Assembly: GCA_020851855.1 (NCBI GenBank)
Contig: JADZBY010000435.1
Coordinates: 1,095 to 65,094, forward strand
Length of the DNA: 64,000 bases
Source: Anaerolineae bacterium
GTDB taxonomy: Bacteria > Chloroflexota > Anaerolineae > Aggregatilineales > UBA2796
Direction: 5' to 3'
The translations under genes and the position numbers were made by a program. Below, in pieces: positions 1 to 7,704 of this stretch. The notes under the pieces are model-generated. The model saw nothing but the letters and a program-made list of their open reading frames with translations. It had not been told where the DNA came from and ran no database searches. How positions within the stretch are numbered: the first letter of the stretch is position 1; each line of letters begins with the position of its first letter.

Positions 1-1101
1 ATTATGTACTCGCTTTCGCGACTCTGGAAACAGGCCGGCCTTGTCTGCAAGTTCGCAGAACCAGAAAGGTGCTGTCAACTCCTGGGAGCTTTGGTAATTC
101 AGGGCCACGCAGAAACCAAAGCACGTGTCTCGCAACACACAATCTCCGCATACCCGGTTCAACCTTCGTGGCAAGTCCTCGCGTAGGCGCAGCAGGGTTG
201 GGTGGTGAACCCAGATTTCAGCAACGCTTTCATGCCCGATCTGCCCATACAGGAGTTCGGGCACCTGAACTCCTATACCACACATTGACACTTGACCGGT
301 ATGAAGGATTCCCAAGATGTTAAATATGCTACAGCTCGTGCACCCACTATTACTGGTTAGTTGCCCCAGGCGGTCGAATGCCGGCGGCCAGCTGTAGTAT
401 ATTGGGATGCTCACCTTGGGCTGCAATGCACCTGTTACCCAACGCCCAATCTCGATGAGCCGGGAGATGTCCGTTATTCGTGAGCCCATCTTGCTTCCGC
501 GCCCAGTAGTCTGGATGATATTCAGCTTCAGTGATGAGCAGCCCACCGAAGAAGCCCACTCAGCAAGTGATCTGATTTCGTCAAGGTTGCCTTCGTGGAT
601 GCTCATGATCACTTGTGGCGCGAAGCCTACATCTACGAGAAATTGTACTCCTCTTCTCGCTGATTCGAAGCTGCCTTGAACACCACGCATTGAATCATGT
701 GTCAAGCTCGTTGCCCCATCCAAGCTAACGGACAAGGCTCGCACGTTGGTTTCTTCGCGCATGAAGCGCGCGAACGAGGCTGTTATGAGTGTCCCATTGG
801 TTTCAATGGTAATGCCGAGTTCACGCTCAGTGACATATAAGAGCATCTTTTCCAAGTCTGGATGCACTAATGGCTCACCGCCGGTGAACTTTACGTGCGT
901 TAGTCCCAGTGGTTCGCCCTCGCGAATGGCCTGGACAAACAGGTCATATGGTAAAGAGCGTTCTCCAGAAGATCGCTTGGACTGGATGAATGCTGGAGTG
1001 ATCCAACAATGCCGACAGGCGAGATTGCATTCGCCCGTGACATACATGTAGTAGGTGCGTAAAGGGGGAACACCCTCAGGCAACCCTGACTCAGAAGGCA
1101 A
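1..1101 (-). CDS. radical SAM/SPASM-domain maturase-like protein, partial (C-terminus lies beyond window start)
   Basis: Absent from the ORF track because there is no stop inside the window. I reverse-translated the frame with codons at 1-3, 4-6 and so on, and it is open from the stop at 1117-1119 down to nt 1. It reads ...YYMYVTGECNLACRHCWITP (CxxxCxxC, nt 1006-1029), VKFTGGEPLVHP (nt 859-894), GCTSCSIF (nt 325-345) and CGDCVLRDTCFGFC (nt 109-150). Candidate start is TTG 1099-1101 after GGGGAGGA; the alternative is ATG 1045-1047. Confidence 0.8.
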   Translation of the reverse strand, partial: MPSESGLPEGVPPLRTYYMYVTGECNLACRHCWITPAFIQSKRSSGERSLPYDLFVQAIREGEPLGLTHVKFTGGEPLVHPDLEKMLLYVTERELGITIETNGTLITASFARFMREETNVRALSVSLDGATSLTHDSMRGVQGSFESARRGVQFLVDVGFAPQVIMSIHEGNLDEIRSLAEWASSVGCSSLKLNIIQTTGRGSKMGSRITDISRLIEIGRWVTGALQPKVSIPIYYSWPPAFDRLGQLTSNSGCTSCSIFNILGILHTGQVSMCGIGVQVPELLYGQIGHESVAEIWVHHPTLLRLREDLPRRLNRVCGDCVLRDTCFGFCVALNYQSSQELTAPFWFCELADKAGLFPESRKRVHN

Positions 1102-2197
1102 ATTCTGGATCCTCCCCTACGTAGGCACGGTAACAATCTCGCGGATTAGCGAGATTCACGTTTCCGGTTATGGCATAGGCAACACCAGGGCATCCCCCCG
1201 TGCAGTACGACTGGTACCGGCAGGCAACGCAGCGTGGGTCAGTATTTAGCGGGATAGTACGTCTTTTTCGCAACGCTACCAAATCTGGAGCTCCAAGCCA
1301 GACATCGCGGAATGGCCTTTGTCCGATTCGTCCAAGATGGAGGTGCGGCAGTTGGTGACACGGTACGTAGGTTCCATCGTGAAGCACGGCCAAACGCTGC
1401 CACATGATTCCGCAACCTGTCAGGCATCCATCTGCAGGGCCGTCCGTGTACTCGCCAGCAGCATGCGCGCTCTTAACGCGCTCAATCATCTCAGCTATGA
1501 TTAGCGGTCCTGACAGCGCGCCACGCGCAACGCCGGGATGATTCTTGTCAAACTCCTGCATGACTCGGAATGCCAGGCGGCGCTCCTCACGGGTCATCTC
1601 CAAGTTCACGTGATTGCAGTGGCCGGCACCCATCGGGTACGCTTCGTTAACACCGAATTGCACTAAACCGAGGTCACCATGGAGCAGGTTGAGTGTTGCC
1701 TCCAAGTCGTCCACGTTCAACTTGCTGACCGTCACACGTACTGTCCAAGGCAGCGATAGCTTCTTCAGGGCATCAATACCGCGCATCGTCCGCTCGAAAG
1801 CACCCTTGCCACGAAGCGCATCATGCGTCTCTGGCCGCGAACCGTCAACGGAGACCTGAATGCTATCCAGTCGTTTCCGGTATGTGGCCAATCTAGATGC
1901 CACATTTTCAGTGATCAAGGTAGCGTTGGTCAGAATCTGAAATCGCATCTTATTCGCGACAACGCCATCAAGAAGTGCCCAGATATCGCGGCGCGTGAAG
2001 ATCTCACCTCCCGTCAGAATGACGCGCATTATTCCCGCATCGCGCAATTCTTCGAAGAAACTGAGCCAGGCATCCGTGGGAAGATCTGCCCGTCCGGTCA
2101 TCTCATCTGCATAGTAGCAGTGCTGGCAACGGAGATTGCATTGTCCGGTGAGTGCAATATCCACAGATTCTGGCATGGGAAGGAGTGATCGTGACAT
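1091..2197 (-). CDS. radical SAM/SPASM-domain peptide-maturase-like protein
   Basis: ORF 1091..2263. Contains LTGQCNLRCQHCYY (CxxxCxxC), ILTGGEIF, and a C-terminal Cys cluster CVACRYQSYCTGGCPG typical of SPASM domains. The probable start is ATG 2197 (AGGAA about 10 nt upstream). The 3-prime end overlaps the start region of the next rSAM gene. Confidence 0.85.
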   Translation of the reverse strand: MSRSLLPMPESVDIALTGQCNLRCQHCYYADEMTGRADLPTDAWLSFFEELRDAGIMRVILTGGEIFTRRDIWALLDGVVANKMRFQILTNATLITENVASRLATYRKRLDSIQVSVDGSRPETHDALRGKGAFERTMRGIDALKKLSLPWTVRVTVSKLNVDDLEATLNLLHGDLGLVQFGVNEAYPMGAGHCNHVNLEMTREERRLAFRVMQEFDKNHPGVARGALSGPLIIAEMIERVKSAHAAGEYTDGPADGCLTGCGIMWQRLAVLHDGTYVPCHQLPHLHLGRIGQRPFRDVWLGAPDLVALRKRRTIPLNTDPRCVACRYQSYCTGGCPGVAYAITGNVNLANPRDCYRAYVGEDPEFAF

Positions 2198-2219
2198 GAG
2201 AATGTTTCCTGGGGTATGG

Positions 2220-2834
2220 TCACAGGGAGGTCGCTTCCACAATACCAATGAACCCACTATCAACCATCAGATCCAGAAACTCTTCAGTATCTGCGCGCAT
2301 TTCAGCTTCAGACGCACCTTCGAATTCCTCAATCATTGCTGCAATGATACAGTCAGCAGTTTGGCTGTTGCTGCACAGCTTCCAGATAAAGAGGCCTGTG
2401 GAGTTCAGAAGTTGGACGCGGTCCGTGTCGGGATTGTATAGCAAGGCACCGTCTTCGTCCTCTTCACGGAGATTCACATCTGGGTTCTGTACGTAGCGCG
2501 AATTCATTGTATCTACCCCCGCAAGAGAGCCTTTGAGGATCTGCAGAAATCCCTGTTTCAGCAGTTCGGTGCACCAGCCATGGAATACGTGATCTAGCTC
2601 TCCGATCGAAGTCTCATGGTCCGCCCCATAACTCAACAACACCTCCGAGTAAAGGGTTGGCTCGCGCAGAGCCCGAACCAACCACGCTCCAGTTTCGTCG
2701 AGTTGTACAGCACTCCGTGTACGCAGGTTCAGGAGGATAGCCCCATCGTCAAAGTACTCGACTGCCACATGTGGGCACAATCCTAGTACCGCTCTGTACT
2801 CATCCATACTTGACACCGTGAGACACTCGCCCAA
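2220..2834 (-). CDS. PqqD-family (RRE-like) peptide chaperone with two tandem PqqD-like halves
   Basis: 204-aa ORF. Both halves fit the PqqD pattern: FDDGAILLNLRTRSAVQLDETGAWLVRAL...FHGWCTELLKQGFL and EDGALLYNPDTDRVQLLNSTGLFIWKLC...TEEFLDLMVDSGFI. It sits directly upstream of the two rSAM genes, with overlapping ends. Confidence 0.75.
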   Translation of the reverse strand: MGECLTVSSMDEYRAVLGLCPHVAVEYFDDGAILLNLRTRSAVQLDETGAWLVRALREPTLYSEVLLSYGADHETSIGELDHVFHGWCTELLKQGFLQILKGSLAGVDTMNSRYVQNPDVNLREEDEDGALLYNPDTDRVQLLNSTGLFIWKLCSNSQTADCIIAAMIEEFEGASEAEMRADTEEFLDLMVDSGFIGIVEATSL

Positions 2835-2919
2835 TGCTCCAAAGAGACCACGGAACGTCGTTCTTGCCTAGTGACAAAAGTCCTTTACATATCGGCGAAT
2901 CGTCACGCCAGCCCGGTCC

Positions 2920-3561
2920 TTACCCCCGCCACTCCTCATCCACCATTGTCGGATCGTACTTCAGCGCCAGCTTATGTCGAGCCAGCGCCTTGATGCGCTC
3001 CCGAGTCGCCTGTGGCAGGTCACCCCAGCGATACAACCCCAGACGGATGTTCTTCTGGACGCTCTCCAGCTGGACTGGTTTCGTGATCTGAAGCTGTGCA
3101 ATGAGCTCGTTGGCCATTTCTCGTAGCGCCTCTGGAAATGCCAGATCAAGCCCCGCCAACGGATTTCCCGGTGCTTCCCGCATTCCATGGATAGATACTT
3201 TACGAAGAATTCCCTCACTCAGGGCCTCAAGGACGCCCATCACTGCATCCTGCTTTTCTGGCGACAGCTCATCAAAGGCATCGGCAAGGAATTCGGCACG
3301 CGCGGAGTTCACGTTGGCTTTCGGGGGAATGTAGCCCGCCAGCCGGAACAGGTAGAGGGCATTGACCTCGAGGGCGTCGGCCACACGGCGTAGTGTGCTG
3401 GGATCAGGGTCCCTGGCTCGCTTGTCTATTCCGTGCTTGAGTAGATTGCGAATCACGGACTCCGACGTACTTGCCGCAGTAGCAAGGGTGCTGTTGTTGT
3501 ACCCACGTACTTCCATCAGGTCGGCAATGAAGCGACCAAGAGTGTCTGCTGAAGAAGCCAT
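2920..3561 (-). CDS. XRE-family helix-turn-helix transcriptional regulator (repressor-like)
   Basis: 213-aa ORF with an N-terminal HTH (GYNNSTLATAASTSESVIRNLLKHG). It is transcribed divergently from the plasmid-like genes across a promoter/operator region. Confidence 0.8.
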   Translation of the reverse strand: MASSADTLGRFIADLMEVRGYNNSTLATAASTSESVIRNLLKHGIDKRARDPDPSTLRRVADALEVNALYLFRLAGYIPPKANVNSARAEFLADAFDELSPEKQDAVMGVLEALSEGILRKVSIHGMREAPGNPLAGLDLAFPEALREMANELIAQLQITKPVQLESVQKNIRLGLYRWGDLPQATRERIKALARHKLALKYDPTMVDEEWRG

Positions 3562-3608
3562 GATCTGCGTATCTCTCGGATAACATGCCCGCCCAGAAAC
3601 CCACTCTG

Positions 3609-3689
3609 ATTATACAGCGCGAGCACGATCCGCTTGACCCCGAACCCGATCTTCCTGTATAATATCTCAGTGCGCGCAACTCGCGCACT
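3609..3689. promoter_or_regulatory. back-to-back divergent promoters with operator-like palindrome
   Basis: Plus strand: -35 TTGACC at 3634-3639, an 18-nt spacer, then extended -10 TGTATAAT at 3656-3663. Minus strand: extended -10 TGTATAAT, the reverse complement of 3609-3616. The palindrome AGTGCGCG-caact-CGCGCACT at 3669-3689 sits at the predicted plus-strand transcription start. Confidence 0.55.
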
Positions 3690-3782
3690 TGCGCGAATGA
3701 CATCGAGATGCTCCACGGCGTCTCATTTCTTGGTCCCTCAGTCGCGCAGAAAAGCGTAATCCGAGCAAACGAGCGAGCGGCT

Positions 3783-3995
3783 ATGCCTAAACCCGAATCA
3801 CCTCCCAAACGCGCGATTCTCCTTCAAACCGGCAGCGATCCCGAGCTGTGGGAGTACGACAGCCTGCAGGACGCAATTGCGGCGAACGTAGGCCTCCTGG
3901 GCCAACTGATGCTCCCACCTGAAAAGCGCCGTCAGCTGCACAAGCCGCAACTCGAAGACAAACCCGACTCGCCGCCCGGAGAAGTTGCCGCGTGA
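3783..3995 (+). CDS. hypothetical small protein
   Basis: This is the ATG-initiated part of ORF 3708..3995, downstream of the plus-strand promoter. No recognisable domain. Confidence 0.35.
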   Translation: MPKPESPPKRAILLQTGSDPELWEYDSLQDAIAANVGLLGQLMLPPEKRRQLHKPQLEDKPDSPPGEVAA

Positions 3996-4052
3996 GCTTC
4001 TCTCTTTTTTTCGCCCGCTTGCCCGTAGCCAGCCCGTATCGCGGGAGGTCTC

Positions 4053-4253
4053 ATGATTAAGCGTATTGAGTTCACCCTGAACCTGGCCGACCCACGCGAC
4101 GAGGCTATTTACCGCGCCCTCGTGCCGTCGCTGCGTTACCGTCGCGCCGGGGCGCTCATCCGGCAGGCGCTGGGCGTATTCCTCAGCAGCAACGCGCGGC
4201 CACCGGTCCAGCCGCATAGCCCGCAGGAGCGCAAGCTTCATGAGCAGTCCTAA
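4053..4253 (+). CDS. small ribbon-helix-helix-like DNA-binding protein
   Basis: 66 aa, with GGGAGG 5-6 nt before the ATG. It shows a beta-strand/helix pattern (IEFTLNL...DEAIYRAL...AGALIRQALGVFL) resembling the protein encoded after parM. It overlaps the parM start. Confidence 0.55.
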   Translation: MIKRIEFTLNLADPRDEAIYRALVPSLRYRRAGALIRQALGVFLSSNARPPVQPHSPQERKLHEQS

Positions 4254-5271
4254 GCGTAACGGCGCGCTGACCATCGGCCTGGACATCGGCTACGGCGTGG
4301 TCAAGGCCGTGACCTCGGACCAGGTCGTGATGTTCCCGTCTGTCATGGGCCACGCCCGCGAGGTGAAGTTCCAGCAAGAGGACATGTCACGGCGCTACCC
4401 CGGCGACCAGATCCGCGACGACGAGGGCGACTGGTTCGTGGGCGATCTGGCGCTGGCGCAACTGCCCACCGGCGAGCTGCTACGGCTGCGCGGACGCACC
4501 GCAAACGAGTCGACGATGGGCAATGCCTTCCGGCTGCGGTTGGCCAAAGTGGCTATCGGCAAGCTTCTGCAGGATGCGCACAACCGCGATCTAGCCCACA
4601 TCCGCATCGCCACCGGCTTGCCCGTCGATCATATGCGCGACGCCGATGAGCTGAAAGAGACCTTGTGCGGCCAGCACCTCATCCAGACCGACACTGCCGA
4701 GGTGGTCGCCAACGTGACGGACGTGATGGTCATGCCGCAGCCCTACGGCACCATCTTTTCCGCCACGCTGACCGAGTCGGGCGAGATCAACCGCAGGCAC
4801 AACTTCCGGCTCACCGGCGTGTGCGACGTCGGCACGTACACGGTTGATCTGGCGCTCGACGACGAGGGGCAGTTCCTGGACTCGGAGAGTGGCAGCGTCG
4901 AGAGTGGCGTGTACACGGCCCAGGAGCGCATCGCGTCGGCTCTGGAGCGCGATTACCGCGAGAAGATGCCTTTCCGCATCGTGGAAGAAGTACTACGTAC
5001 CGGGCTATTCCACGCCAACGGTCAGGCAGTAGATTACCGCGCCATCGTCGAGCAGGCCCTCGCGCCGCTGCGCAGCGCGACGCTCAACCTCATGTCTGAG
5101 AAGTGGCAGCGCGGCACGATCATCGAAGTGATCTACCTGTCCGGTGGCGGCGCTGACCTCGTGGCAGATGTGGTGTGTGAAGCGTATCCGCAGGCGCAGA
5201 TCATCCCCGAGGCGCAACTTGCCAATGCGCGCGGCTACCTGAACTATGCATACTTCATGGCGCGTCCGTGA
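4240..5271 (+). CDS. parM: ParM/StbA-type actin-like plasmid segregation ATPase
   Basis: Carries actin-fold signatures: LTIGLDIGYGVVKAV (phosphate 1), VCDVGTYTVDLA (phosphate 2) and IYLSGGGADL (adenosine). Confidence 0.85.
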   Translation: MSSPKRNGALTIGLDIGYGVVKAVTSDQVVMFPSVMGHAREVKFQQEDMSRRYPGDQIRDDEGDWFVGDLALAQLPTGELLRLRGRTANESTMGNAFRLRLAKVAIGKLLQDAHNRDLAHIRIATGLPVDHMRDADELKETLCGQHLIQTDTAEVVANVTDVMVMPQPYGTIFSATLTESGEINRRHNFRLTGVCDVGTYTVDLALDDEGQFLDSESGSVESGVYTAQERIASALERDYREKMPFRIVEEVLRTGLFHANGQAVDYRAIVEQALAPLRSATLNLMSEKWQRGTIIEVIYLSGGGADLVADVVCEAYPQAQIIPEAQLANARGYLNYAYFMARP

Positions 5272-5345
5272 ACGCGGCGCGGCGGTTTGACAAGTTTGAC
5301 ACGCCGGTTTTATCGGTCAAACCAGGGTGGCGACGCGAGGCGGCG

Positions 5346-5702
5346 ATGAAGCAGCGGAAACACCGGATGATCGCCTTCAAGGCCTATACCGACACCGACG
5401 CCGACTTGCTGGCGTGGTGGCAAAGCATCCCGGTTGGGGCGCGCAGCGGCGCGATACGCGAGTTGCTGCGCCTGGCGCTTGGCTACCAGCTGGAAACGAC
5501 TGTTTCCGACGCGGATATGGCCGCACTGCGGGCCGATGTCGCCTGGATTCGCGGAGTACTGGTCGAATTGCCCCGCCAGGTGAGCGCGATGGCACAGCCC
5601 GCGCCTGCACCACAGGTGAATGGGAATGAAACCGCCGTACAGGAGATGGACGACCGCAGCGCTAAGCTACGTGAGCAGCGTCTGCGAAAGCCCAAATGGT
5701 GA
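5346..5702 (+). CDS. ParR-like / RHH-like small DNA-binding protein
   Basis: From ORF 5268..5702. ATG 5346 is preceded by GAGG; an alternative GTG 5268 overlaps the parM stop. MIAFKAYTDTDADLLAWWQSIPVGARSGAIRELLRLAL aligns with the 4053 protein. Confidence 0.5.
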   Translation: MKQRKHRMIAFKAYTDTDADLLAWWQSIPVGARSGAIRELLRLALGYQLETTVSDADMAALRADVAWIRGVLVELPRQVSAMAQPAPAPQVNGNETAVQEMDDRSAKLREQRLRKPKW

Positions 5703-5744
5703 GATGTATGCTCAAAGGCTGGCTTTCTCTGCGACATGCTCCCT

Positions 5745-5970
5745 GGCAAAGCGCCAAGCACTTTGCCGGACGATGCGTCGAGGCGCATCGTCCCTCTCTG
5801 ACCCCCTGCCAGTGTCGTGGTGGCACAAGCTGGTCGCAGGGGGTCAGAAGCCAGCTAAATCTTAGCTGGTTCCTCAAACGCCGGAAGGGCTGGTGCAGCA
5901 CGCACGGCGTGCCGCACCTGTGCGACGGTGTAACCACCTGTCGCACGTGTGGGCAGGACCGGTCCCGCCC
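5745..5970. promoter_or_regulatory. inverted-repeat-dense non-coding region (candidate oriT or centromere)
   Basis: Seven inverted repeats lie within 226 bp: GGCAAAG/CTTTGCC (5745-5767), GGACGATGCG/CGCATCGTCC (5768-5793), TCTGACCCCCTGC/GCAGGGGGTCAGA (5797-5848), CCAGCTAA/TTAGCTGG (5851-5869), GCACG-G-CGTGC (5902-5912), GTGCGAC/GTCGCAC (5920-5946) and GGGCAGGACCGGTCCCGCCC (5951-5970). Confidence 0.45.
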
Positions 5971-6036
5971 ACGCAACACACTAACGGCGATTCTGCTCCG
6001 CAAGTCGCACCAGTCGGACGCAAGAGGATTCCACCC

Positions 6037-6360
6037 ATGAATCACCGGCAAAGTGTGCAGGCCATTGCCCGGCGGTTGCCCCACCTTGAGCGTTACGACG
6101 TGGCCGAAGTTCTGGAAGTCGCCGCCGAAGTCTGGGCAAAGGAACTGGCCCGACCCGGCGGCGTGGTGAAGATCGGCAACCTGGGCAAGCTGCATGTGGA
6201 AGTGCAGCACATGCGCGCCGGGGGCGCGATCCGTCAGCGACTCGACGATAAGTGTGGGACGACTGCTCCGCCCACGCTGCGCCGCCTGTACTTCCGTTTT
6301 CGTCCGGCCCTCTGGCTGAGGGCGAGTGTGGAACATGCCCTTGAAGCGCAAGAAGAGTGA
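6037..6360 (+). CDS. HU/IHF-family DNA-binding protein
   Basis: This is the ATG 6037 part of ORF 5893..6360. It has an HU-like arm region: VVKIGNLGKLHVEVQHMRAGG...LRRLYFRFRPALWLRASV. Confidence 0.65.
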   Translation: MNHRQSVQAIARRLPHLERYDVAEVLEVAAEVWAKELARPGGVVKIGNLGKLHVEVQHMRAGGAIRQRLDDKCGTTAPPTLRRLYFRFRPALWLRASVEHALEAQEE

Positions 6361-6649
6361 GCTGTACACGGAGCGCCAGACCGTCAGCCTGACCCCGGAG
6401 CAGATGCGCCGCTTAAGAGAGCTGCGCTCCGTGCGGGCGCGCAAGGATGGCAGCCTGGTACACACCACCGACCTGATCCGCGACGCGGTCAACTACTACC
6501 TGGCTGCCCAGGAAGACCTGCCCGGCTCGCGGCGCGCCATCGCCAAGGGCATCGAGGCGAAGGTTGACGCGCTCGACGGCAAAGTGGATGCCGTCGCGCA
6601 GATGCTGGCAGTCTTCATCGAGCGTGTCACACGGCGGCGGGAGCAGTAA
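6335..6649 (+). CDS. ribbon-helix-helix (CopG/MetJ-like) protein, possible relaxosome accessory factor
   Basis: Contains RQTVSLTPEQMRRLRELR...TTDLIRDAVNYYL. It lies immediately upstream of the HUH-nuclease-like gene, 3 nt from it. Confidence 0.6.
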   Translation: MPLKRKKSELYTERQTVSLTPEQMRRLRELRSVRARKDGSLVHTTDLIRDAVNYYLAAQEDLPGSRRAIAKGIEAKVDALDGKVDAVAQMLAVFIERVTRRREQ

Positions 6650-6652
6650 GCC

Positions 6653-7687
6653 ATGGATCGTAAACAGATGTGCGTGGCCAACGTGCGCTACAAACGCCCA
6701 ACCGCCGACGAAGCGAAGCGCATGAAGAACCTGCTCGGCTACCTGACCTACCGCGACAGCCGCGACCAGGGCGCAAAGATGGTGGTCGGGCAGGATCGCT
6801 GGGTCGATCGCGGCCTGGGCAAGTCCGTCGCGGACATCGCGCACCGCTGTGACGATCTGCGAAGCAAGCATGTGCTGGCTTTTTCGCTGGTCATCAATCC
6901 CAACCCGCAGCTCACGGCCATGATCGCGGCCCACCGGCGCGAGCAGTTCGTGCGCGAATTGACCGAGAAGACGGTCGCCGATTTCTTCGAGGCGCGCGGG
7001 CTGGATACCGGCTGCGAGATGAGCTACGTGCTGCACCACCGCCTCAGCGACGACCCGCAAGCCCCCGGCCTGACCGACCCGCACACGCATGTCGTACTGC
7101 CCGGCACCGTCTTCAGCGAAGAGCACGGCGAGCGCGTGCCGCTCTACTTCTCGCAGAATAAGAAGGTCGACCACATCGCCATGCTGCACGCCGCCACGGA
7201 AAAGAACATGGCGCACCTGCTGGAGCGCTACATCGGGCCGGACTGGGAGCAGCGTTTCGACCACCTGGAAGCCGTGCGCGAGCAGCAGCGCCGGATTGTC
7301 GAGCAACCGCCACACGGAAAGATGCCCCACGAGAAAGATGCAGAGACCGAATGGAACGTGTGGTGCGGCGTGCGTCGGACCGACGAGCGCCACACGGCCC
7401 TCGGCTACTACCGCGGCTACTCCGTCCCGACCGAAGACGACCCGGACGCGGTACGCCTCGAATTCCGCCCGCTGGTCTCCGGTCTGCGCCATGACGAGGC
7501 GGATGTGCTGGCGCGTTACTTTGCGCGCACGATGAACGGGGACGCAAGGATGCTCCATGCACTGGCGGAGCAACTGAAGGCATTGCGCGCAGGCGAACGC
7601 GCGGGGCTGGTAGCCGAGTTGCGTGAGCACGGCTGGGATAGGCCGACAACCCGGTCGCCGGAAATCTCGTTCGATATCGACTTCTGA
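6653..7687 (+). CDS. HUH-endonuclease superfamily protein (relaxase/mobilization or Rep-like)
   Basis: 344 aa. It has a His-rich metal motif HHRLSDDPQAPGLTDPHTHVVLPG and N-terminal Tyr candidates (LGYLTYRDSR). Its context is an RHH gene upstream and a primase-helicase downstream. Confidence 0.65.
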   Translation: MDRKQMCVANVRYKRPTADEAKRMKNLLGYLTYRDSRDQGAKMVVGQDRWVDRGLGKSVADIAHRCDDLRSKHVLAFSLVINPNPQLTAMIAAHRREQFVRELTEKTVADFFEARGLDTGCEMSYVLHHRLSDDPQAPGLTDPHTHVVLPGTVFSEEHGERVPLYFSQNKKVDHIAMLHAATEKNMAHLLERYIGPDWEQRFDHLEAVREQQRRIVEQPPHGKMPHEKDAETEWNVWCGVRRTDERHTALGYYRGYSVPTEDDPDAVRLEFRPLVSGLRHDEADVLARYFARTMNGDARMLHALAEQLKALRAGERAGLVAELREHGWDRPTTRSPEISFDIDF

Positions 7688-7704
7688 GCCGAAAGCGCCT
7701 GTCG

